Source: Naegleria gruberi (Eukaryota). From it: DNA of 64,000 nucleotides. The stretch lies in the NCBI GenBank assembly GCA_000004985.1, contig GG738931.1; one strand, written 5' to 3'. Under the pieces are notes generated by a model. It did not search any database, had not been told where the DNA came from, and was given only the letters and a program-made list of their open reading frames with translations. A program made the position numbers and the translations under genes. Below, in pieces: positions 42,608-52,900 of the stretch; within the stretch, counting starts at the first letter, position 1; each line of letters starts with the position of its first letter.

Positions 42608-44953
42608 TTACATCTTTGCCAATTCATCCAACAAGTCCTTAACCAAAACAACCTTTTCAGTGGCATTGGTTTCAGTTTGCAAAGCAATCTTGAAAGCATA
42701 GAGTTGATATTCAGAGTCAGCATCGAACAACATATAGACATGTCTGTTGTCAGACTTTCCATCCTCAAGTTCAATTTCCTTCTTTCCTTCCTTCTTAGCC
42801 TTTTCCATAAACTTTTGGAATTCATCATAAACATATGAGTATGTGTATCCATTTGATGACTTGAGTTGTAATTGACGATTTTCACGATCCAAATAAACAG
42901 CTAAATGGCTTCTTTCCAAAGTATCAACATTATCACAAGTAACAAATCTCAATTTGGTGGCATCAAACTTGTTATAACTGGCATAATAGTCGTGAGTGTA
43001 TAAATCTAATGGTTTGTTGGAATGTTCTACGAGAATATCCTTCTTCTTTCCAGTAGAGTCAGTAATTGTAACTCTAATAACCAATGGTTGTGGAAGAGAT
43101 TGATGAGCACGAGCTCTAGAATTGAAATCTCTACCTGGTTGGCCAGTAACAACAATAGCACCACTGAAAACTAAGTTATCAGCTTGACCTGGTTCAAAGT
43201 TAGCAACTTGACCTTCAAAGAATTGGTATTGAGCACCATTCCATCCGTTATATTTAACACCCAATTTGATATTTTGCATTTCAACCCATTCATCGGCTTG
43301 ATTCTTGTGAGCCATTTCAATCTTGACAAAGGACAAATTAGCATCTGACTTGTTAACAACAGTCAATGGAACATTGAAGAAATTGTTGAACTTTCCATCA
43401 GTTGCATAAGAGCTTTGAGAAGCTTCAATAAGTGAATTCAATGCAGCTTGTTCATCAGTGGCAACAAGCAAATTGAATTGAGAATCACCATGATCTTCAT
43501 ACTTCTTACAGTTAGGTCTTGGAACAATGGCCAAATCTTCACCCTTTTGTGGATTGGTTGTTTGCTTTTCAGTGAGATCCTTATAATATTCGAGTGGCTT
43601 TCCAGCAACTTGTGCAATTGGTTCAGTGCTTGGATTACCCAAAATCTTCCATGTACCAATAGAAAGAAAACCATCACCATCCTTTCTAATTCTCCAATAT
43701 GGAGCAGAAATGCTTGGAACAACAAAGGTTGTTAATCCATCAGTCAATCCATTCAATTGCAAAACATTCTTCCAGTTAATTTCATCTTGAGAGTAGGCCA
43801 AATAAGAACCAGCCAAATAAGTTGAACCCCAACCAGATACCAACAATGGCTTGACAACAATACCAGTAACGGTATGTGGATGTTCAAATGTAGCTTGAAC
43901 AAAAGGTCTAGAATTAGAATTAGTAGCAGCACCACTATTACCACTTTCATCTTGGAGTGATTCATAACTTTGTCCAATAGAATCAGAAGCGTATTGTGAA
44001 CTCATTCTAACCTTGTATGACAAGGTAACAGAATCTTCAGAAACAGTGGTTGGAACAGGTGACAAGGTTGGAATATCTTCCAATGAAGCCAATTCAACAG
44101 CTGGACCATTTCTGGAAACCTTAACATCATCCCACTTCAATGGAACCATAAACATGGTTGGCTTTTCACTGTTTGAAAGTTTGATAGAGGCCAAAACATG
44201 CAAAGTATTCTTTTGAGCATTCTTGGTCAATACGAATGAAGTTGACATTAACCATTCAACACCTGAGAAAGTCTTGGTGGAAGTAACCTTAACATCATAA
44301 TTAGCAGCAAAATCATCAGCAGAGTTTTGAGATCCCAAATCCAATGTAGCATATTCTCCAAAGTTATCATAGATATCCTTCTTTAAGGTTTCAGCAACAT
44401 TAGTTAATTGATCTGGTGTGAAAAAGTATAACTTGGAAACAGTAACACCATTCATTAATCTAACATAGAGTTTACCATGTTGATGCAAACCAACAGTGAT
44501 AGTCTTCTTATACTTGTCACCTTCATCAACGAGTTCCATAACGTGCAATGGTTCACTAGTATCCATCAATGGAAGTTGCTTTCTATTCAAAAGCTTTGGA
44601 CTCATCAAGACAATAATATCATCCAAACGTTGATCCAAAGTATTAGATTGCAATACTTGACTCAAAAAGGCTGAATCATCAGTTGATTCAATTTCAAATT
44701 CTTGATCATTGTAAATAAAGGAAACAACAGAATCAAGTGTACTGACACTCTTTCCCAAATGCTTGGCCAATTGAACTTGAAGATCGGAACGGAAATTCTT
44801 CCATGTCAATTCATGAGGAGCATATTTCAAGTTAGTATAAACAAACTTTAATTGCACTTCTTCTTGTGGATCTTGATTTCTAGAAGGTGGATTAGAAAGT
44901 GATTTGTAATAAACTCTAATCTTGGTCACTGGAGCTTGTCTTGAGGTTGTCAT
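42608..44953 (-). CDS. hypothetical 781-aa soluble protein. It may contain a discoidin/F5-8-type-C-like beta-sandwich region.
   Basis: A long clean ORF with an ATG (MTTSRQAPVTKIRVYY). The central segment FEHPHTVTGIVVKPLLVSGWGSTYLAGSYLAYSQDEINWKNV...YWRIR is reminiscent of a galactose-binding-like domain. This is a low-confidence call. Confidence 0.55.
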   Translation of the reverse strand: MTTSRQAPVTKIRVYYKSLSNPPSRNQDPQEEVQLKFVYTNLKYAPHELTWKNFRSDLQVQLAKHLGKSVSTLDSVVSFIYNDQEFEIESTDDSAFLSQVLQSNTLDQRLDDIIVLMSPKLLNRKQLPLMDTSEPLHVMELVDEGDKYKKTITVGLHQHGKLYVRLMNGVTVSKLYFFTPDQLTNVAETLKKDIYDNFGEYATLDLGSQNSADDFAANYDVKVTSTKTFSGVEWLMSTSFVLTKNAQKNTLHVLASIKLSNSEKPTMFMVPLKWDDVKVSRNGPAVELASLEDIPTLSPVPTTVSEDSVTLSYKVRMSSQYASDSIGQSYESLQDESGNSGAATNSNSRPFVQATFEHPHTVTGIVVKPLLVSGWGSTYLAGSYLAYSQDEINWKNVLQLNGLTDGLTTFVVPSISAPYWRIRKDGDGFLSIGTWKILGNPSTEPIAQVAGKPLEYYKDLTEKQTTNPQKGEDLAIVPRPNCKKYEDHGDSQFNLLVATDEQAALNSLIEASQSSYATDGKFNNFFNVPLTVVNKSDANLSFVKIEMAHKNQADEWVEMQNIKLGVKYNGWNGAQYQFFEGQVANFEPGQADNLVFSGAIVVTGQPGRDFNSRARAHQSLPQPLVIRVTITDSTGKKKDILVEHSNKPLDLYTHDYYASYNKFDATKLRFVTCDNVDTLERSHLAVYLDRENRQLQLKSSNGYTYSYVYDEFQKFMEKAKKEGKKEIELEDGKSDNRHVYMLFDADSEYQLYAFKIALQTETNATEKVVLVKDLLDELAKM

Positions 44954-45505
44954 CTTTTTTCGGGAGTGTGAGGAGGAAATTAGTGTGTAGTTTTTGTTTT
45001 GATCAAAAAAAGTTTATGCACGAGCAAGGCTTTCTAAACTTTTGTGATTTTTTTTTTAAGTTGTAAAAATTCAAATCGTTGGCGCAAATCTTTTTAAATC
45101 AGCGCCGTAATCAAGAGCTTAAAAAACAAGTTTGTTGTGCAGAAGAAAATTCGAGTTGAAAAATTTCTTGAATGTGAAAGAGATCAATTTTGAAAGTCTT
45201 TCCGAGGTAATTGATTGAATGTGGTGGAACGAGAATGAGATGACGGATTACAATGAGTGATGGCAATGTTCAGTGGAAGTTCGAAGCTGGTTGTTCGAAT
45301 TTCTGCTCGGAATGGAAATTTTGATTGGAAGTTGTTTCGATTTGATTGCTTTGAATATTTGAAGCTGGTGGTTTGAATATTGAGGTGTTATTGTATTATT
45401 TGTGAATGTTCTTTATTTAACAGTTTACAATTAACAAACCGTAGTCTTTGATTTATTGTAAAGTATTTCAAAAAACTAACTGATTTTTGAGATCTTTGAA
45501 AAAAA

Positions 45506-46491
45506 ATGTTTTCTGAACTTTCAGCAGTTGGCAAAATCATTCAGCAAGATCTTGTTGATGTTCAACAACATCATCACAAGCATAAACTTCTATTAGAAAC
45601 CTTACGAAAACCAATTCATGACACAAAGAGTGAACAAGGAAAATTGCAATTCAACAGTTTACTGAGTGAGAAGAATTTATATTTGAAATTTATGGAACGA
45701 TCCGAGAGAATTGATGAAATTAAAATCATCATCGGAACATCGGAACATGATGAAAAAAGTAAAATTAATCATCATCACATTCATCATCATCATCATGATG
45801 AGGAAAATAATGATCATCACTTCTTCCGAATGGCAAATATTGAAAAAGTTTCAGTTTTGGAGGATAAAATTCCAAAAACAAGTGATTATGAACCGTTATC
45901 TTGGGCTTGTTTTGGGAAATGCAAAAAATCAAGAATTGACTTTTTGAGTAGGATTACAAATCAAGAGGTTTTTCAAGCTATGAGATTGGAACAGGAATTT
46001 ATGGGTGAAAATGTGTTTATTGGATTTTCGTAAGTAGATATTTGAGAAAATTGAGGAAATTAATTGAAAATGAAAGTGATTTTGGAGTTGATGATTCACA
46101 AGAGTTGGAACAGAGCAAGAATTTGTTGCATATTTGTTACAAGTCACATGTTCATCATGGCTTTTTATTGGTTATTGATACAGTGGACGTTTCAGAAAAT
46201 TATTTATTGAATGAATTACCTTTGTGGGTGAAGGATTTAAGAAGTGTCATATCAGATTCCGTTCCAATCGTTCTGATTGGCAATAATGCTGATAAGAGAG
46301 ACGCCTTATTATCAACTCAACATAAATTGGAAGATAGACTTCCTTTGAGTACAGAACAGGGAGAGAAACTAGCTGAAAAGTTGGGCTGTTTCACATATAT
46401 AGAAATGGAAAAGGAATTGTCAATGGATAGTTTGAGACAATTACTTGTAAAAATTCATATCATTCATCAAGATTTGACAGTTCACAAATAA
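45506..46491 (+). CDS. Ras-superfamily-like protein with degenerate nucleotide-binding motifs (candidate pseudo-GTPase). It lies in two ORFs, 45506..46033 and 46042..46491.
   Basis: The C-terminal ORF resembles the second half of a small GTPase (FLLVIDTVDVSENYLLNELPLWVKDLRS...VPIVLIGNNADKRD...FTYIEMEKE). NNAD stands in for NKxD and EME for SAK. The N-terminal ORF has KIIIGTSEHDEKS where the GxxxxGKS P-loop should be, plus a His-rich insertion (NHHHIHHHHHDEENNDHH). The junction TTTTCG|GTAAGTAGATATTTGAG|AAAATTG would be in frame, but 17 bp is too short for an intron. The exact structure is therefore unresolved. Confidence 0.4.
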
Positions 46492-46534
46492 ATAACTAGT
46501 TCAATAATTAATTATTCAAAAAAGAATTGCTTTA

Positions 46535-47590
46535 TTAAACAGTATCCATTCCTTCTTCGACTGGAGATTTTGGAGTTTTAACACTTGATGCTCTTCTTTT
46601 AGTGGCTACATTCAAATCAACAGCTCGATCTAATTGAGCATTAGAACCAGCTTCTGCACCAACTTCAATGGTTCTTTCCTTTGTGGCCTCATCAATCTTT
46701 GACATTTGAGGTCTATGAATGGTGCTTGGTTTTCTTTGTCTAGCTTGTTTGGCTCTATTCAAATTCAAGTGAACAACAACCTTATTTTCTTCTGTTGTGA
46801 CAGGATCTGAGGAGGAGGTATTTTCTGATTGAGCAGTAGTGGTGGTATCTGTTACAATAATTGGAGGAGTTGCTACAGAGAGAGGAGTGGTATTTTTGGA
46901 GTTGTCAATTGGTGTTTTTGGAGAGCTGAGAATAATGGTTGGTGTTGAAGTGACATTTTGTGCTTGTGGAGTAGTGACACTATCTGCTTGAACTCTTGGT
47001 GGAATAATGAGTGGAGTAGAAGAGGACCCTCCCATATCATCACTCTTTCTCTTAGCAATTGGTGTATTTGGTGTATGTTCAGGAAGTTTGTACGAAGCAG
47101 GTGGTGTGAAAGTTCCTGAAGAAACTGGCTTTGTAAATACAGATCTTGATCTCAAATGAGCTTTTGATGAAGATTCTTCACTATTATCAACTGGAAGCTT
47201 TTTTGATGAAGTAACAAATAATCCAGGTTGATTCTTTCCAATATCATCAACATTCTTGTCTTCCTCTGCAACTGGCGAAACCATAGACGAAACTTTTTTG
47301 TGTGGCATTCCTCCAGGTGGTTTCAATCCCATAATTGGTGGACCACCAGAATTTTCAGTAGATGCCAATACAGTAACATCATTACACCAGCCACCTTTGA
47401 TTTTACTTGTTCTACAGTTTGGTGAGAATGAAATTTCCAAATTTGGATACTTCTTTTTGAGTGTTTGAGTAAATGAAATATATTCCCTCACTAGTAATGT
47501 AAGAGATTTGATTTTTGGATTATTAAACTTGATCTGGATATGATACGGAGTGCTGAGAATGTTAAATTCAGTAATTTCTGTAAATTTCAA
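46535..47590 (-). CDS. hypothetical S/T/P-rich protein (351 aa)
   Basis: A long ORF. The N-terminal approximately 70 residues look globular (KFTEITEFNILSTPYHIQIKFNNPKIKSLTLLVREYISF). The rest is S/T/P-rich and K-rich, with a basic patch (RAKQARQRKP). Confidence 0.45.
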   Translation of the reverse strand: MKFTEITEFNILSTPYHIQIKFNNPKIKSLTLLVREYISFTQTLKKKYPNLEISFSPNCRTSKIKGGWCNDVTVLASTENSGGPPIMGLKPPGGMPHKKVSSMVSPVAEEDKNVDDIGKNQPGLFVTSSKKLPVDNSEESSSKAHLRSRSVFTKPVSSGTFTPPASYKLPEHTPNTPIAKRKSDDMGGSSSTPLIIPPRVQADSVTTPQAQNVTSTPTIILSSPKTPIDNSKNTTPLSVATPPIIVTDTTTTAQSENTSSSDPVTTEENKVVVHLNLNRAKQARQRKPSTIHRPQMSKIDEATKERTIEVGAEAGSNAQLDRAVDLNVATKRRASSVKTPKSPVEEGMDTV

Positions 47591-47710
47591 CTCGTGAGTC
47601 GAGTATTGAATAGTTTGTTTTTGTAAAGATATTTTACAATCGAAATCTAATCATTCCAAATCATTTTTGTATAAATATTGTATAATATTGTATAAATTCT
47701 TTACAAAGAA

Positions 47711-48277
47711 TTACTTACAATCTTGACTTTCTACAATCAACACATTAAAATCAACAATTGATTTGCCCAACATTTGAGAAACTATTCCTTTTGGTGTAGA
47801 AGAACCAGTTCCTGCACTGTTTTGTTTCTCCTCGGTTGGTGTTGCAGATTCGTCAAGTTTCGGCATCTTTCCTTCCAAATATTTCTTATTCTTTTCATCT
47901 AGAGAAACCTTTTCCAATGGTTTAGATTGATGAATTAAATACAACTCCTTAATTAAATTATAAACCGAGGAAGCATATTCCATACTTTTACATTTCAAAT
48001 CATGTTCAGTTTTAGAATCGTCTAATTTAATCGAAACTTTCTTCTTTACACAATTTAAACTTTGAATTTGTTTGTATTCTAAAGCAACTTTAGGTTTCTT
48101 ACAAAGAATCCTATCTTTACAAATGTAAAGTGTTCCTTTAGAAAGAATTGATCCTTTAACATCATATTCGGCAATGATGATATCATCTACGGAGAATGAC
48201 TTTCGAATAACAGAGTCGAAAGCATCGGGTTCTAAATGGTCGGCAGCAGAAACGTTCGATTGACGAAACTTTCTCAT
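47711..48277 (-). CDS. hypothetical protein with a GRAM/PH-like N-terminal domain
   Basis: IIIAEYDVKGSILSKGTLYICKDRILCKK resembles the GRAM-domain core (G.LY.T...I.F). The C-terminus is K-rich. Confidence 0.4.
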   Translation of the reverse strand: MRKFRQSNVSAADHLEPDAFDSVIRKSFSVDDIIIAEYDVKGSILSKGTLYICKDRILCKKPKVALEYKQIQSLNCVKKKVSIKLDDSKTEHDLKCKSMEYASSVYNLIKELYLIHQSKPLEKVSLDEKNKKYLEGKMPKLDESATPTEEKQNSAGTGSSTPKGIVSQMLGKSIVDFNVLIVESQDCK

Positions 48278-48592
48278 TTCTTCTTTGATTTTTTTTTAAT
48301 AATTGATGACATGCGAATTTAATTACAGTTGCAAAGATATTCAAGAGCTGTCAACCATCATCTATTGACAAGCGAATCATAACAAGTAGGATCTAACTTT
48401 CAGCTTTAGTATTTCATTATCCACAACCACAAATAACATGTTCCAAATAATAATAAAAATCATAATTTTGCAAATAATTTCAAAAACTTGATCGTTGCTT
48501 TTCCCGCTCAAAAAAACAATTAAAAATTAAAATCAAAATTTTTTATATAAAAAAAATACAGAAAATGGTGTAGAGGCTTTTTTTCTCTGCAA

Positions 48593-49870
48593 TTATTGGT
48601 CGGAGGCTGTGCTTGTTGGTTGAACATTGGCAGCAGCTTGTTGACCAGAGTTTGGATAGGACCCTTGTTGTGGATAGTAGTTATATGGATAGGTTGAGGC
48701 GCCACCTTGAGGATAACCTTGTTGTGAAGGATAGCCATAACCTTGTTGTTGTGGGTATCCGTATCCTTGTTGTGAAGGATAACCTTGTTGTGGGTATTGT
48801 TGTTGTTGAGGATAGCTACCACCTTGGGAAGGATATTGCTGACCATAGTTATATGGATAGGTAGAACCTTGTTGTGGATATTGTTGTTGTTGGTTATAGT
48901 ATGGATAAGAACCTCCTTGTTGAGTTGGATATTGTTGTTGTTGTGCAGGATAGGTAGAACCTTGAGGATAACCTTGTTGAGTTGGATATTGTTGTTGTTG
49001 GGTTGGATACTGTTGTTGTGCAGGATAGTTTGAACCTTGTGGGTATCCTTGTTGCTGAGTGGCTGGATATTGAGTTGGATATTGTTGTTGTGAAGGGTAA
49101 CTTGAACTTGGATAGTATTGTTGTTGTGGATATTGTTGTTGATTTGGATACTGTTGTTGTTGTTGACCATATTGAGGAGCAGACAAGAATTGTTGTTGAC
49201 TTGGTTGACCTGGTTGACCTGGTTGTTGACCTTGTTGTGGCTGTTGACCTGGTTGACCTGGTTGTCCTCCTTGTTGTTGTTGGCCATTGTTATTATTGTT
49301 ATTTGATTCTTGGTAATTTCCTCTAAAGCTAGCAAGGGCTGCTTCAATTTGTGAGGATGTGGATTGATACTTCTTCCAATCCTTAGCTTGCAAATCAGTG
49401 ATAAGTTCAGTGGAAAGTGGAACAAGTTTCTCCTTAACAATCTTGAAATCTTCTGGTTGACCTTCAAAACCACCCTTTTCTTCATTTTGCAATTGCATAA
49501 TATTGGATTGAATGGTTCTGGAGGCGCTGTCAATCAAACTACAATCTTTGAATCCATTATCACCCCAACAAAAGCTTCCAAAACTATTAACCATATTCAA
49601 TTGCATTTTAATGTTACTGACTGCACTGGATACTCTTGATTTTGGAGTATTTTGTTGTTGTTGTTGTTGTTGGCCTTGACCTTGACCTTGACCTTGTTGT
49701 GGTTGTTGCCCTGGCATTTGTTGTTGAGGATAGCCAGCTCCTGGATATTGACCAGGTTGCTGTTGTTGGAGTGGATTTGTTTGGAATGGTCTTCCATTTA
49801 CGACTTGGTATTGTGCCACTACTAGTAATGAAATATTTAGTAGCAAAACTGTTAGAACTATTAGTTTCAT
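48593..49870 (-). CDS. secreted Q/Y/P/G-rich repetitive (prion-like, adhesive-type) protein
   Basis: Signal peptide [20 protein letters not shown]. Then poly-Q/GQ tracts and about 15 imperfect repeats of QQQYP(T/S)QQG(Y/S)YPQ. The opposite-frame N-rich ORF 48520..49533 and the other small ORFs in this region are shadows of the repeat. Confidence 0.65.
   Translation of the reverse strand: MKLIVLTVLLLNISLLVVAQYQVVNGRPFQTNPLQQQQPGQYPGAGYPQQQMPGQQPQQGQGQGQGQQQQQQQNTPKSRVSSAVSNIKMQLNMVNSFGSFCWGDNGFKDCSLIDSASRTIQSNIMQLQNEEKGGFEGQPEDFKIVKEKLVPLSTELITDLQAKDWKKYQSTSSQIEAALASFRGNYQESNNNNNNGQQQQGGQPGQPGQQPQQGQQPGQPGQPSQQQFLSAPQYGQQQQQYPNQQQYPQQQYYPSSSYPSQQQYPTQYPATQQQGYPQGSNYPAQQQYPTQQQQYPTQQGYPQGSTYPAQQQQYPTQQGGSYPYYNQQQQYPQQGSTYPYNYGQQYPSQGGSYPQQQQYPQQGYPSQQGYGYPQQQGYGYPSQQGYPQGGASTYPYNYYPQQGSYPNSGQQAAANVQPTSTASDQ
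49640..49700. repeat. coding microsatellite: (TTG)n followed by (GACCTT)n on the plus strand, which reads as (CAA)n/(GGTCAA)n on the coding strand
   Basis: Seen directly: ttgttgttgttgttgttgttggccttgaccttgaccttgaccttg. Confidence 0.8.
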
Positions 49871-49998
49871 TTTCTTTTTGATGATTCAATAGGATGATCA
49901 GGAGAATCCACTATTAAGATCGCAACTTTCTTTAACCACTTTTGGAAAGACAATTGATAAAAAACTTTTTTATTTTTGATATATTGTACATTTGGAGA

Positions 49999-52900
49999 CT
50001 AATGGCATGTCTTGCTATTTACTAAAAAAGTTGCTTGTTTTGCTAGATAGCTTTGGTCAAGGTTCTTGAAAGGAATTAGTGCTTTACATTCACTATCTTC
50101 TAATTTGGAAAGAGCCTGAATAACCTTATGTACATGGGAATTTGTGAGTCTGTCACCACTTCCTGGGAATTCATAATCTGATTTGAAGAGAGTTGCCAAT
50201 CTCAATAACATTTCATTTTCCTCTTTCGTATTTCTCTCGTTCAGTATTTGCTTCCATTTCTGATAAGTTACATTTTGCATTGGCTCCTTTTTCAATAATT
50301 TAGCTTCTGTTGTTGCTGCTATGGAGAGTAAATCGTCAATGTGAATGACGAATTTATCTAGATTTGCCAACTCGAATATGAAATAGTTTGGATTTTCGTG
50401 AAGATCTGTTACGAATGCATTCTCATTCTGTGTCAACTGTACAATGACTCTTGAAATAATATCTACTGGGACAATGTTTAGAGTTCTGTTCGTCTTTGGG
50501 AAGCAATTCATTTCAAAACATCCCATGACTAATCTATTGACCCAATCTATTAAATTAGAAACTCCATTGACAGTATCACTTCCAATCATACCAGGTCTGA
50601 AAATGGCTCCTGGATATCCCAATAATCTTGCTTGTTGAATATATTGTTCGGCAACAAACTTGGTGCTACTGTATCCATTAGCTCTTTCAATAATTGGTTT
50701 GAGTTGCCTCATGACTTGATCCATGTGATTGTTAATTAAATCCGTAATATCTTTCTTATTGCTAATTCCAGATGTACTGGTTGGTATTCCAAAGAGTGAT
50801 AATCCAGATTGCAATACTCCAACTGTAGAGACGAAAACTATTGGGGCTAAAGTGGAATCTCCACTTTGAATATTCAATTTAGATGATAAGCAAGCCAATT
50901 TCAATAATGAAAGAGTAGATCCAGTATTTGAGGAAAATAATTGAGGATATGACATGACAGAGTTGACATACGCTCCGTTGTGATAAATAATATCAATATT
51001 TTCTGCCAGTTTCTTGAATTCTTCCTCAGTGAGTCCTAAATTATCATCTCCTAAATTACCCTTGACAACTGAAATTCTCTTTTCATACTTGTCATTCCAA
51101 AGTTTGAATTCCACAAGGTTTTCTTTCACTCTCATGAAAACGTCATCTTGATGATTCTTTTCTCTGACTATACAATAGACTTTGACATTTTCTTCAGCTT
51201 TCTCTAATGCTTCCAATAAATCTCTCAATATAAATGCTCCTAGGAATCCTGTTGAACCTGTCAATAGAATACCCTTCTTCAAATCGGCTATCTTTTTAAA
51301 TTGCGTATTTCCTCTTGATGTGAGGTCTATAATGTCATTCAACACATCTTCAGGAAGGAGAATATCCTTCTTCCAATCATGGGATGAATTGACTGTGGCA
51401 ACATCATCATGTTGGTTTTTGGTGACAAAATCTGAAACTCTACTCACTACGCTATCCACATTTCTGTCAGTTTGAGAAAATATCAGCGAGAGTGGAACAT
51501 CAATGTTATACTTTTGCTTCATAATACCAGAAAATTTAACAGCGTGAAGACTGTCAATAATTTTCATATTTCCATCAGATTCAGCTGAACCTGTTTGAGA
51601 ATTTAACAATAATTCACGAATCAAATCTTCATCCAATTTCCTCTTGTTAATAGACTCTAGGTGCTCATAAAGAGCTTCCAACTCTTCCTTATACTTCATT
51701 TCGCATCCAAATCTCTTAACTTTCATTGAAGAGGTAAGGAGATCGTTCTTCTCACTAAATGACTCAAATTCAATAATAAAGTCCTTTGGCACTTCGTATG
51801 GAAGAAGAGAGCAGTTCACAGATACTTTCTCAATTTCCTCACACAAAACCTTTTTAACCTTTTCATTGGTTTTCAGCAAGTCCTTCTCTGAATCACTCAA
51901 GAGCTCTTCACTTGATGAGTTGATGAGCCCTTCCTTGATTGCAAATTGTTTCAAAACCGTTTGATTAGGTACAATTACACCTACAAGGTAGCTTTTCGAC
52001 ACATTTCCATAAATGAAAGCTTGGAAGATGAATTTTGAGGTAGTCAGAGCATCTTCAATCTTTGCAGGTGCAATAAATTCTCCTTGACTCAATTTGAAAA
52101 TATTCTTGAGTCTGTCAATAATTCTAATGTGTCTTGGACCTAGCTCCTCAACAATATCATTAGTATGCAACCATCCTTCCTCATCCAAAGCGTTTTTCGT
52201 AAGTTCTTCATTCTTGTAATATCCAATGAACATGGTTTTTGTTTTAACACAAAGTTCTCCTCTTGGATAAGGTTTGTCATTTGTGAAATAGTTCATGTCA
52301 GGTACGTCAACCAACTTGTACTCAACAGAGCTATGAAGTCTGTTATCATTCATGATACCTCCTGCTTCTGACATTCCAAAACCATCTGAAACGAAGCAAT
52401 TAAAACATTTTCCAAGAAATTCTCTAACTTGTGGGCTTGAAGAGGCTCCTCCAATAATTATTGATTGTAAGCGACCACCCAACATGTTTCTAAAATCTTT
52501 CATTACTCTTTCTTCAAGTTCTCTCTCCGTTTTAGGTCTATCCTCATTTTGATTCGAAATACCTGAAAGCCAACTTGTCTTTTCCAATTCGTACACTTTT
52601 TTATACTCATCATAGAGTACATTATAAAGTCTTGGTGTTGAGGCAATGACAGTAGGTTTGACCTTTTGAATATCCTCAAAGATGTGAACAAAATCTCTGG
52701 TAAATATTCCCACTCTAGCACCATCACACATGGCCAAAAGGGTGTGTTTTCTGTCACTCATGTGAGCAAGAGGACAGAATGAAAATTGTACTTTTGGATT
52801 TTCAGCTCTGAAACCATGCATTTCTCTTCTCAGAGATTTGTCACTAACCATTATGCCCTTCGGCTGACCTGTCGATCCACTCGTGAAAACTAACGATAGA

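Noticed and set aside
42604-42885. 93-aa ORF overlapping the 3' end of the 781-aa gene.
   Set aside because: Same-strand alternative frame of the longer ORF with no independent support.
48520-49533. 337-aa N-rich ORF and several 60-115 aa ORFs (48613..49326, 49636..49881 and others) overlapping the Q-rich gene.
   Set aside because: They are alternative-frame and opposite-strand readings of the CAA/CAG-rich repeat. They have no signal peptide or independent support, and the Q/Y/P frame has a signal peptide and sensible termini.
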